A DNA stretch of 61,150 nucleotides from IMG/VR virus record IMGVR_UViG_3300025572_000003; one strand, 5' to 3'. Both the position numbers and the translations under genes were made by a program. Each line of letters begins with the position of its first letter. The stretch's first letter is position 1. The DNA comes from a virus. This document shows, piece after piece, positions 1 through 8,286 of this stretch. A model generated the notes under the pieces. That model was given only the letters and a program-made list of their open reading frames with translations, was not told the DNA's origin and searched no databases.

Positions 1-127
1 CATGTTTTTGTATGGGGTAATGATCAGGGGCACTAACATGGCAGCAGTCATGGAAAAGGAAGATATTGTCAACATGCTTGAAGAACTGGTTGAAAAGGCT
101 AACCAGCTACTCGGGCTTGTCGAAGAC
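1..127. repeat. Terminal direct repeat, left copy (127 bp, identical to 61024..61150)
   Basis: Bases 1-127 (catgtttttgtatgggg...cttgtcgaagac) recur exactly at 61024-61150. Confidence 0.95.
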
Positions 128-223
128 GGAGTCTATGAAGAGGCTCAACAGCAAGTGACTGAGATCGAACAGAAGCTTAGTGAAGTACATCAGTTTCTCG
201 ATCCCAAGGCCAAGGAGAACTAG
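38..223 (+). CDS. hypothetical small acidic coiled-coil protein (61 aa) between queE and dpdA
   Basis: ATG at 38 follows the queE stop across the circular junction. Part of ORF track 2..223. Confidence 0.5.
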   Translation: MAAVMEKEDIVNMLEELVEKANQLLGLVEDGVYEEAQQQVTEIEQKLSEVHQFLDPKAKEN

Positions 224-224
224 T

Positions 225-1091
225 ATGGCAAGTTTTGCGCCGGTCTGCCCTATCCATATCCTTGAGGCACTCATTGACATCGATCAGGCAGGCAACTACC
301 ACCTACCGCTTGCCCACGACGTGATCCATAACGAAATCCGATATGAACGTGCATTCAAGGTTATCCGTGAACAGTATGGACATTATCGGAGCACAGTTAT
401 CCTTGACAATTCTGTCATTGAACTTGGTTCGGCAGTGAACATTGAGGTAATTGCTGCCGCTGCAAAAACTGTCAAGGCCAATGTAATTGTTCTCCCTGAC
501 GTGCTTCTGGATGCTTCAGCAACAATTACGCAGTGTCGAAAAGCCCTAGATCCATGGTCTAAAAAGCTTGATCATGAATTGGGAGAGGGTAATTACACTT
601 TCATGTATGTTCCGCAAGGGACTACGCCGAATGAGTTTGCAGCTTGTGCCGAAGCACTCGCAGAAGATGAACGGATTGGTTGGTGGGGTATTCCGCGCAA
701 TTACAACATCAAAGGCCTCGGATCAAGGCGGGATGCTGTTGATATTGTACATATGCTAAACCCCAAGCGCAACATCCATCTCCTCGGCTTTTCAGACAAC
801 ATCCTCGATGATATACTTTCCGCACAGCATTCTGCAGTTACAGGAATGGACTCTGCAGTACCTCTTCGCGCAGCATCTCATGGCATGTCAATGTCTTTCG
901 ATATGGACAAAGAACTACCTCCAAGAGGTGACTGGTGGGAAGATCCCAAGACAGTATTTGACGTAGCAATGGTAAAGAACCTTAAATGGATACGGCGTCA
1001 TATCGGCGATCACGGGCGGAAGATCGAACGCCAGTATGTTGGCGGGGGTGTTGACAATGGAGTCCTCTACTACAAGCCAAACCAAGTATAA
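225..1091 (+). CDS. dpdA: DpdA-like DNA transglycosylase (tRNA-guanine transglycosylase superfamily, 7-deazaguanine insertion into DNA)
   Basis: ATG 225 (MASFAPV) is 1 nt after the upstream stop. TGT-fold landmarks IHLLGFS and GMDSAVPLR resemble the TGT HLLG.G and FD..P.R motifs. Sits next to queCDE. Confidence 0.7.
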   Translation: MASFAPVCPIHILEALIDIDQAGNYHLPLAHDVIHNEIRYERAFKVIREQYGHYRSTVILDNSVIELGSAVNIEVIAAAAKTVKANVIVLPDVLLDASATITQCRKALDPWSKKLDHELGEGNYTFMYVPQGTTPNEFAACAEALAEDERIGWWGIPRNYNIKGLGSRRDAVDIVHMLNPKRNIHLLGFSDNILDDILSAQHSAVTGMDSAVPLRAASHGMSMSFDMDKELPPRGDWWEDPKTVFDVAMVKNLKWIRRHIGDHGRKIERQYVGGGVDNGVLYYKPNQV

Positions 1092-1344
1092 GAACGGTAA
1101 CCCGTATTCAGATATTTTGGTTGTGTGCGCTGACAATGATCATATTGTTGCAACGCGGGAGGCACTTAGCAGGCTGTTGTCCGTATACTGTGTAACACCT
1201 GGAATGAGTATTCATGGCAGACGCTACCGGCGGATAATTGTTCTAGACCGGTTCATTGATCGAAACGACGTGAACGTTATTCGCTGGCTACGTGATTTGC
1301 CAAATTACCTGATGAACAAGAACGATGGTATCCATTACATCTGA
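1036..1344 (+). CDS. hypothetical protein (start uncertain: ATG 1036/1057 overlap dpdA; TTG 1117 or GTG 1123 possible)
   Basis: ORF track 1036..1344. No recognisable motif. Confidence 0.35.
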   Translation: MLAGVLTMESSTTSQTKYKNGNPYSDILVVCADNDHIVATREALSRLLSVYCVTPGMSIHGRRYRRIIVLDRFIDRNDVNVIRWLRDLPNYLMNKNDGIHYI

Positions 1345-1379
1345 CGGATACAATCACAACCAATAAAGGGCATATACGC

Positions 1380-3845
1380 ATGATTAATGTCCAACCTCGA
1401 GTCGTTCCACCGCGCGGTCCAGAAGATAGCCCTTTTGTCATTGTTGGTGAAGCTCCGGGGAAGGAAGAAATCAAGAAAGGTATGCCCTTTGTTGGGCCTT
1501 CTGGCCAAGTATTGTCGGAAGCACTTAAGCAGCTTCCCCACCCCGAACCTTACATTCTTAATGTTGTTCCGCATATGATTCAGGGAGAGAAGTCTCCTGA
1601 AATGTTGCAGGAGCTTGTACACAAATACCAAGCACAAGTACTTGAACTGGTGCGAAAGCATCCACGCAAAATAATTCTAGCACTTGGAAATGTTGCACTT
1701 TGGGCGCTGACCAACGATTTCAGTCACAAGATCACAAAGATACGCGGCAAGCTGCTGCAGTCTGATCTTTCCGAACGTGGTATTATTCCTACAACTCATC
1801 CTGCGTTTCTATTGCGCGGCAACGGTTCTTTCAGGCAGTTCAAGATTGACGTTGGCTATGCAATGGATCTTGCTGCTGGAGGTAAAGTTCGTGAGTTTGT
1901 CCCACCCACATGGGAATTACTGGACACAGTAGAGAAGGTCAAATGGTTTGTTGAGCAGGTTAAGCAGCATGAAGGGCTTGTATCAGGCGACTTGGAAACT
2001 GGCGGTTTTTCTCATCGGCTTGACAAAGTCCTAATGGGTGGCTTCACCCTTGACGGCAAGCATGTTTATGTTATTCCAGGTAAGAAACGGGAGTATATTA
2101 AAGCAGGTATTCCTGATCTATTCCCGTATCTGGCCGAGATGTGGGACGTTAGCTCTGAACAAGTACGATTCAACTGGCATAATGGCAAGTTCGATATCAA
2201 GTTCTTCCATCACCAGTATAACCAAGCCGCACGTGTTGACGATGATACCATGCTAATGTCTTATGCATTGGATGAAACATGTGGCGTACATGACTTGGAA
2301 ACAGTTGCTGCTGATTGGCTACACAGTCCAGATTGGAAAGGTATTCTAGACTCGCACAAAAAGAAGAATGAGTCCTACGATGTCATTCCAGAATCTGTAC
2401 TTGTTAAGTATATGGCATACGATATTGCTAACACTCACAACCTGGCATTCATTCTACGGCCGTTGATCGAGGCTGACTCAAAATCCTCCTTATTGTATTA
2501 CAAGACGTTGATCCCGGGAAGCAAGTATCTAGCCGAAATTGAAAAGGCTGGTATGCTTGTTGATCTGGAACGAGTTGAAAGCAATGCAGCCAGGTACGAA
2601 AAGGATGCAAAGGTCTACGAAGAGGAGTTAGAGCGGATTGCACGAGATGCGGGCATGCTTCCAACTACTCAAACCATTACCAAAGGTGGTAAGAAGGTTA
2701 AGGTAGTAGCGGCTGTCAACGTCAATTCACCCCAGCAGCTTAAGGAACTGTTCTTCGACGTACTCCAGATTCCGTCAAAGGAGAAGAGCACTAATGAAAA
2801 AGTGCTGAAGTCACTGCCAGATCATCCTGCAGTGGTTGCACTCCGTAAGTACCGCAAGATCAATAAGGGCCTGACAACTTATGTCCTCCCTGCAACAGAA
2901 CATATTCAGGATGATGGACGAGTTCACCCGACTTATTTGCTTCACGGTACTGCAACTGGTCGTCTTGCATGTAACAACCCAAACTTGCAGAATATTCCGC
3001 GTGAACCGCTTTTGCGTGGGCAATTCATTCCAAAGCCTGGATATTGCTTCGTTGAGGTCGATTTGAACCAGGCTGAGCTTCGATCACTCGCCATTCTGTC
3101 TGGAGATCCAGAACTTTGCCGAATCTATACTGATCCCAATTCAGTTGGACTACATGAAGAAGTACGCGCAGAATTGTACGGGCATCCAAAAGACTGGTCT
3201 GAGCAACAGATTCAAGCCTATATGCAGAAGTGGTACGTAGATACCATCGAGCGAGTAGTCGAAGAGCAGAAGATGCGTGCAAAGAACGTGAATTTCGGCA
3301 TCGTGTATGGAATCACGCCTTTTGGGTTGGCAGAGCAGATTGAGGATACCCCGCAGGAAGCTAGTCGAATGCTCGCAGGTTGGGCTAAAAAGTTCAAGGT
3401 TGCTTGGAACTTCATTCAGCTTTGCAGAAATGCACCACTTAATGGTAAGAATATCGTAACCTGCTTTGGACATAAGAAGCGGTTTGAGATCGTAACCCCA
3501 GAAACGATTATGGCGATCCAAAACGAAGCGGCAAACTTTCCGCACCAAAGCACTGCATCTACGATCACCCTTCATGGCGGTATGCGTATCCAAGACACTC
3601 TGCGGAAGGAATATGATACAAATATCGTCAACACCGTCCACGACTCAATTCTAATGGAGGTACCACTTGTCAAAGATGTAATTGAAGCAGTTGCCAACCT
3701 AGCTATCAATGCGCTAGAACAGGTTCCGCGAGATTGGGGTCTAACTCGAATTCCTTTCAAGGCGGAAGCTAAAGGTGGAATGCGTTGGGGTGAGCTGAAG
3801 AGTTTGAATAAGTTCTATGCAGAAGTCTTTGCTGAGTCTGCATAG
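1380..3845 (+). CDS. polA: DNA polymerase I family (3'-5' exo + pol A) with N-terminal family-4-like uracil-DNA glycosylase domain
   Basis: UDG motifs GEAPGKEE..G.PFVGPSG and HPAFLLR lie in the first ~170 aa. Exo motifs: DLETGG, NGKFD, YMAYDIANT. Pol motifs: DLNQAELRSLA (A), RAKNVNFGIVYG (B), VHDSILMEV (C). Confidence 0.93.
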   Translation: MINVQPRVVPPRGPEDSPFVIVGEAPGKEEIKKGMPFVGPSGQVLSEALKQLPHPEPYILNVVPHMIQGEKSPEMLQELVHKYQAQVLELVRKHPRKIILALGNVALWALTNDFSHKITKIRGKLLQSDLSERGIIPTTHPAFLLRGNGSFRQFKIDVGYAMDLAAGGKVREFVPPTWELLDTVEKVKWFVEQVKQHEGLVSGDLETGGFSHRLDKVLMGGFTLDGKHVYVIPGKKREYIKAGIPDLFPYLAEMWDVSSEQVRFNWHNGKFDIKFFHHQYNQAARVDDDTMLMSYALDETCGVHDLETVAADWLHSPDWKGILDSHKKKNESYDVIPESVLVKYMAYDIANTHNLAFILRPLIEADSKSSLLYYKTLIPGSKYLAEIEKAGMLVDLERVESNAARYEKDAKVYEEELERIARDAGMLPTTQTITKGGKKVKVVAAVNVNSPQQLKELFFDVLQIPSKEKSTNEKVLKSLPDHPAVVALRKYRKINKGLTTYVLPATEHIQDDGRVHPTYLLHGTATGRLACNNPNLQNIPREPLLRGQFIPKPGYCFVEVDLNQAELRSLAILSGDPELCRIYTDPNSVGLHEEVRAELYGHPKDWSEQQIQAYMQKWYVDTIERVVEEQKMRAKNVNFGIVYGITPFGLAEQIEDTPQEASRMLAGWAKKFKVAWNFIQLCRNAPLNGKNIVTCFGHKKRFEIVTPETIMAIQNEAANFPHQSTASTITLHGGMRIQDTLRKEYDTNIVNTVHDSILMEVPLVKDVIEAVANLAINALEQVPRDWGLTRIPFKAEAKGGMRWGELKSLNKFYAEVFAESA

Positions 3846-3868
3846 ACAACCTATCAGAATTTTCGCCC

Positions 3869-3898
3869 TTGCAACCATCAAAGAGTCTCAGCTATAAT
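3869..3898 (+). promoter_or_regulatory. sigma70-like promoter
   Basis: TTGCAA-18 nt-TATAAT between polA and CDS 3925. Confidence 0.55.
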
Positions 3899-3924
3899 TG
3901 ATAGTAAACTGGAAAGAGGGTGCT

Positions 3925-4215
3925 ATGCATATACAAGGCAAAGCAGATTTCACAGCTGTAGGCCGGGAATTAACTCTTGAACAGAAAACCCTAGTATACT
4001 GGAACCTCTCAAGTAGCTTTTACGATCGACTAAATTGTGGGGTAATCACTGTTGCCGATGCGTTCACTGCAATCAACATTTGTACAGATTTCCTTTCCAG
4101 TTCACGTCCTCTGTACAAGCGTTTCATGGAGTTGCGTCACGCAATCATCACTGGCAACCAGGATGTCAATGAAGTAACCTCCAATCAGGTTGTAGAAGAC
4201 GCGCGTGGAGCATAA
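3925..4215 (+). CDS. hypothetical protein
   Basis: ATG 3925 preceded by GGAAAGAGGG. Promoter-like TTGCAA-18-TATAAT lies upstream. Confidence 0.5.
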   Translation: MHIQGKADFTAVGRELTLEQKTLVYWNLSSSFYDRLNCGVITVADAFTAINICTDFLSSSRPLYKRFMELRHAIITGNQDVNEVTSNQVVEDARGA

Positions 4216-4217
4216 CA

Positions 4218-6614
4218 ATGTCTACCAACACCATGGCAAACAATCCTTTTGCAGCTAGGCTTGACCCGCTTCATCTGGCGCAAGACTTCCCGTACAAAGG
4301 CCTCTGCAAAGATATTTGGCGTGACAAGTATGCACAGCCGGGCGAAGAATCCTTCAGTGACACTGCACGCAGAGTGGTTGAAGGTGTTTACGCCAAAGAT
4401 CCGGATGAACAAGCAAAAATCCTCGCATATCATGCGATCAATGCGGGTCTTTGGGTTCCTGCCGGTAGAATCCTTGCAGGAGCTGGAACTGCGAAGCGTG
4501 TTACTCTAATGAACTGCTATGTTACCGGAACCATCGATGATTCGATGGAAGGTATCATGCGCGAACATACCAACTTTGCACTTACTATGCAGCAAGGAGG
4601 CGGAGACGGTGCTGATTTCTCTCCAATCCGTCCTGAAGGGGCTGTACTTAAACGCACGGGAACGAAAGCGTCGGGTCCGCTCCCTTTTATGGACATGTGG
4701 GACGCTATGTGCACTACTATTCGTAGTGCTGGTGATCGTCGGGGCGCTATGATGGCAGTGTTGAGTGACACGCATCCCGACTTGCCTAAATACATTGTTG
4801 CCAAGCAGACACCGGGTCGTTTGACTAATTTCAACATTTCCGTCCTTGTTTCCGACGCCTTTATGGAGGCTGTGAAGGATGATGAGGATTGGGTATTGCA
4901 CTTCCCGGTGATCCCTTGGGAGCGTGAGGATTGGCTCAAGGAATATGATTTTGTCGATGACAATGGTGTGCAGCAATATGCGTACTCCGTCTGGAAAGCT
5001 CGTGAACTGTGGGAATTGATTACCAAGAACACGTATGATTGGTCTGAACCAGGCGTTATCTTTATCGACCGAATCAACGAAGCCAATAATCTCTGGTACT
5101 GTGAAACTATCCGCTGTACGAATCCGTGCGGTGAACAGCCTCTACCGCCTCATGGCTCATGCAATCTCGGTCATGTCAATCTGGCGCGAATGGTTACCAA
5201 TCCGTTCACTGATAATGCGCAGTTTGACTTCAACCTTCTGAAAGAGATTGTTGCTATTGGTACGCGCTTCTTGGATAATGTGATTGATGTCACGAACTAT
5301 CCGCTTGAAGAGCAGCGTCTTGAGCAGTACAACAAACGTCGTATTGGTCTTGGCTTCACGGGTCTTGCAGATGCTATGGCTCAGCTTGGCATCCGCTATG
5401 GATCACTGAAGTCTGCTGATTTTGCCGAGCGCGTAATGAACTGCATTGCAGTCGCTACATATACGGCATCTATCAACCTTGCTAAAGAGCGCGGTGCGTT
5501 TCCGCTCTTTGATCCTGACCGATACCTGGATGAAAATTCGGGATCGTTTGTTAACAGGCAGATGCCTGCAGAGATTCGTGCGCTGATTCGCAAATACGGC
5601 ATCCGCAATGGTGTTCTAAACACGATTGCACCAACAGGCACCACGAGTATTGTATTTGGTAACTGTTCTGGTGGTCTCGAACCTGTCTTTGCACATTTTA
5701 CCCAGCGTAACGTGCGACAGGCAGATGGATCCTGGCTCCCATATCGTGAATACGGTTATGCTGCAAGACTCTTCTATGCACTGTTTGGAGAGACAACTCC
5801 TCTTCCATCGTACATGGTAACTGCAGAGGATCTGACTGTTCATGAGCATATCCTCATCCAGTCTCGAGTCCAGCGGTGGGTGGATGCATCAATTTCCAAA
5901 ACCATCAATATCCCTGAAAACATGCCTTATGACGACTTCGTCAAGGTTTACGAACTGGCATACAATGCAGGTTGCAAGGGATGCACCACTTACAGGCCAA
6001 GCGATGTACGTGGAGCAGTTCTTGTCAAAGCTAGCGATACCGATGCAACGGCAGAAAGCGGAAGCGGAAGCCCTGTTCCGAAAGCGGTGGAACAACTCAG
6101 AGAGCGTCCTGATGTCTTGCACGGATACACGTACAAGGTCAAGTGGCCCAGACGAGATGCTGCCTTCTACCTCACCATCAACGAGGACGATGAAGGAGTA
6201 CCGTTTGAAATCTTCATTACTAGCAAGGATGGATCGCACAGCGAGTGGACTACGGCACTTTCCTTGATGATCACAGCCATCTTCCGAAAAGGCGGTGATG
6301 TCTCGTTCATTCCGCAGGAACTTAAGCAGATTCAGTCTCTGCATGATGGTGCATTCATCGATCAGCAGTATGTTGGATCGCTTCCTGCATACATTGGTCG
6401 AATCCTTGAAAAGCATATGGAACGGAAGAAGGGCAATACCACGTCCCAGTCGGAGCTGAAGATTGCATCTGCCGATGGTGGATTGGCTATTGCTGACGGT
6501 AAGATCGTGATCAAGGATCAAAGAGGTGAGACTTGCCCCTCATGTAAAGCGCCGACACTCTTCCGAGTTGAGGGGTGCAAAAAGTGCAAGTCGTGCGGTT
6601 ACAGTGCATGTTAA
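4218..6614 (+). CDS. nrdJ: ribonucleotide reductase, class II (adenosylcobalamin-dependent)
   Basis: Active-site stretch CTNPCGEQPLPPHGSCNLGHVNL. C-terminal Cys cluster CPSCKAP..CKKCKSCGYSAC. GGAG RBS. Confidence 0.92.
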   Translation: MSTNTMANNPFAARLDPLHLAQDFPYKGLCKDIWRDKYAQPGEESFSDTARRVVEGVYAKDPDEQAKILAYHAINAGLWVPAGRILAGAGTAKRVTLMNCYVTGTIDDSMEGIMREHTNFALTMQQGGGDGADFSPIRPEGAVLKRTGTKASGPLPFMDMWDAMCTTIRSAGDRRGAMMAVLSDTHPDLPKYIVAKQTPGRLTNFNISVLVSDAFMEAVKDDEDWVLHFPVIPWEREDWLKEYDFVDDNGVQQYAYSVWKARELWELITKNTYDWSEPGVIFIDRINEANNLWYCETIRCTNPCGEQPLPPHGSCNLGHVNLARMVTNPFTDNAQFDFNLLKEIVAIGTRFLDNVIDVTNYPLEEQRLEQYNKRRIGLGFTGLADAMAQLGIRYGSLKSADFAERVMNCIAVATYTASINLAKERGAFPLFDPDRYLDENSGSFVNRQMPAEIRALIRKYGIRNGVLNTIAPTGTTSIVFGNCSGGLEPVFAHFTQRNVRQADGSWLPYREYGYAARLFYALFGETTPLPSYMVTAEDLTVHEHILIQSRVQRWVDASISKTINIPENMPYDDFVKVYELAYNAGCKGCTTYRPSDVRGAVLVKASDTDATAESGSGSPVPKAVEQLRERPDVLHGYTYKVKWPRRDAAFYLTINEDDEGVPFEIFITSKDGSHSEWTTALSLMITAIFRKGGDVSFIPQELKQIQSLHDGAFIDQQYVGSLPAYIGRILEKHMERKKGNTTSQSELKIASADGGLAIADGKIVIKDQRGETCPSCKAPTLFRVEGCKKCKSCGYSAC

Positions 6615-6626
6615 TAGGAGGACATA

Positions 6627-7196
6627 ATGAACAAGTCTGCCGAAACGTTTGACGAGCTGCAGCGTAACATGGAAGAGGCTTTCAAAGAGCTGACCAATAA
6701 TGTTCGACTGACTGAGCGTCCAACGCTTCCAGTCAGGGAACCCGCAGAGCGAGATATGCTGGGTCGTAAGAAGGTTATCGGCCTACGCAATGCAGACTCT
6801 GATGTGGGAGTTAATCCGAAGGATCGGATTGGTGCTGCCAAGATCGATTTCTCACTGATCCCAACGGCTGGCAAGATTGCTGAAGCCAAAGCACTGATGG
6901 ATGGTGGATCGAAGTATGGCCCATACAACTGGCGTGTGGAACCTGTTCGGGCACGTACATACATTAGCGCAATCGAACGTCACCTGGAAGACTATAAGGA
7001 AGGTCATGAGATTGCATCAGATTCCTTGATTGAGCATCTTGGCCATATCAAGGCATGCTGCTCCATCCTGATTGACGCCGCTGTTCAGGGTATGCTGATT
7101 GATGATCGTCCGATTAACCGCATTCAGGAGCGGTCACTCATTGATGAGGCCAACCAGTGGATCAAGCAGAACAAGCCGGAAGGATGGGGTCGATGA
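6627..7196 (+). CDS. MazG-like all-alpha NTP pyrophosphohydrolase-type protein (DUF5664 / dATP-dGTP diphosphohydrolase-like domain)
   Basis: Pattern KIDFSLIP..A.A...G..KYGPYNWR...Y..A..RHL......D..IEHLGH matches my recollection of this phage domain family. Perfect AGGAGG RBS. Confidence 0.45.
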   Translation: MNKSAETFDELQRNMEEAFKELTNNVRLTERPTLPVREPAERDMLGRKKVIGLRNADSDVGVNPKDRIGAAKIDFSLIPTAGKIAEAKALMDGGSKYGPYNWRVEPVRARTYISAIERHLEDYKEGHEIASDSLIEHLGHIKACCSILIDAAVQGMLIDDRPINRIQERSLIDEANQWIKQNKPEGWGR

Positions 7197-7245
7197 CAGC
7201 ATCAACGTCACTTCGTAACTTCCAGTCTTGATGAGGAGAGGGTGT

Positions 7246-8097
7246 ATGACCCAAAGTACACATAAGGTAATCCACCTGGCTGAAACCCAATTAAATGCAT
7301 CCGGAGTATCTGAGTTCCTGAAAGAACTTGGTGCACCTGAATGGTCTTCTGTTGAACCTAAGAGTGATGCCGATCTGCTCGTTGAAATTGCTGGACGACT
7401 CTGCTACAAGTCGTTCAACACTGAGCTGAATCCGAACATTACACGGGTACGCGAAGGTAATCAGGAATATGTCAAAAACATCCTGAAGCAGAAGCACGGA
7501 TCTGTTTTGGAACACGCTTCTGTTACATTTGCATTCCTCAATGTCTCTCGGATCTTCACCCACGAAATCGTACGCCATCGTGCAGGTATGGCATTCAGCC
7601 AGGAAAGTCAGCGTTTCGTCCGGCTTGATACTTTCGAGGTGTATATCCCAGATCTCACTGATGCACTTGAGGAACTTTACGACAGCCAGTACACGGATAG
7701 TACAGCAAGTGCTAAGCAGATCTGGGTTAATCAAGCTCAACAGGACTTCATTGCCTCAGTAGAGCATGTCAAAGAGCAAGCACAAACTGCACTTCGAGAC
7801 TTGATTGCTAGCTGGGGGCTCGATAACGAAGGTGTTACATTCTCAGTCAAGAAGAAGCTGACATCTGCATTGCGTCGACTTGTTCCCGGTGGAGTTAACA
7901 CCCATATCATTGTAACAGGTAACCACCGTGCATGGCGGCATGTTATCGAGAATCGTACTGCTCCCGGTGCTGAGCAGGAGATTAGAGATATCCTCTATGA
8001 CGTCGGTAAGCAGTTGAAAATGCGCTATCCTGCAATCTACCAAGATATGAATCAAGACGAAGATGGGTGTTGGCGGTTTGTGAATTCAAAGGTTTAA
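7246..8097 (+). CDS. thyX: flavin-dependent thymidylate synthase
   Basis: ThyX signature RHRAGMAFSQESQRF (RHR..S....S.R). RBS GGAGAGGG before ATG 7246. Confidence 0.9.
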   Translation: MTQSTHKVIHLAETQLNASGVSEFLKELGAPEWSSVEPKSDADLLVEIAGRLCYKSFNTELNPNITRVREGNQEYVKNILKQKHGSVLEHASVTFAFLNVSRIFTHEIVRHRAGMAFSQESQRFVRLDTFEVYIPDLTDALEELYDSQYTDSTASAKQIWVNQAQQDFIASVEHVKEQAQTALRDLIASWGLDNEGVTFSVKKKLTSALRRLVPGGVNTHIIVTGNHRAWRHVIENRTAPGAEQEIRDILYDVGKQLKMRYPAIYQDMNQDEDGCWRFVNSKV

Positions 8098-8117
8098 AAC
8101 CCGCTCAACCAACTATC

Positions 8118-8148
8118 GTATTTAAACTTTCCGGACCCTTGGCGGAGG
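8118..8148 (+). repeat. TTTAAA-N-TGGCGGAGG motif, copy 1
   Basis: gtatttaaactttccggacccttggcggagg. Related copies at 30267-30297 and 23198-23227. Confidence 0.7.
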
Positions 8149-8168
8149 GAAGAAACAGTAAGGGCTCG

Positions 8169-8186
8169 TGAGTGCAGTGTGGGTTG
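8169..8186 (+). repeat. intergenic box TGAGTGCAGTNTGGGYTG, copy 1
   Basis: tgagtgcagtgtgggttg between thyX and folE. Confidence 0.9.
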
Positions 8187-8286
8187 CAGTGTGTCCCAAA
8201 AAGCGCTCTCCTGCGCTTAATGGCTTACCTCTCTGTGTTCTTCACCTCCGCTAAGTTCTGGGACCTGACCTGAAAGGCATTGATAC

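Noticed and set aside
8169-8255. Mini-ORFs beginning at the NTG of each TGAGTGCAGT box (all would start M-S-A-V-W)
   Set aside because: Start codons would be GTG, CTG, CTG, GTG and TTG with no Shine-Dalgarno sequence. The ORFs have unrelated lengths (7-28 codons) and tails. Conservation is at the nucleotide level, not the protein level.
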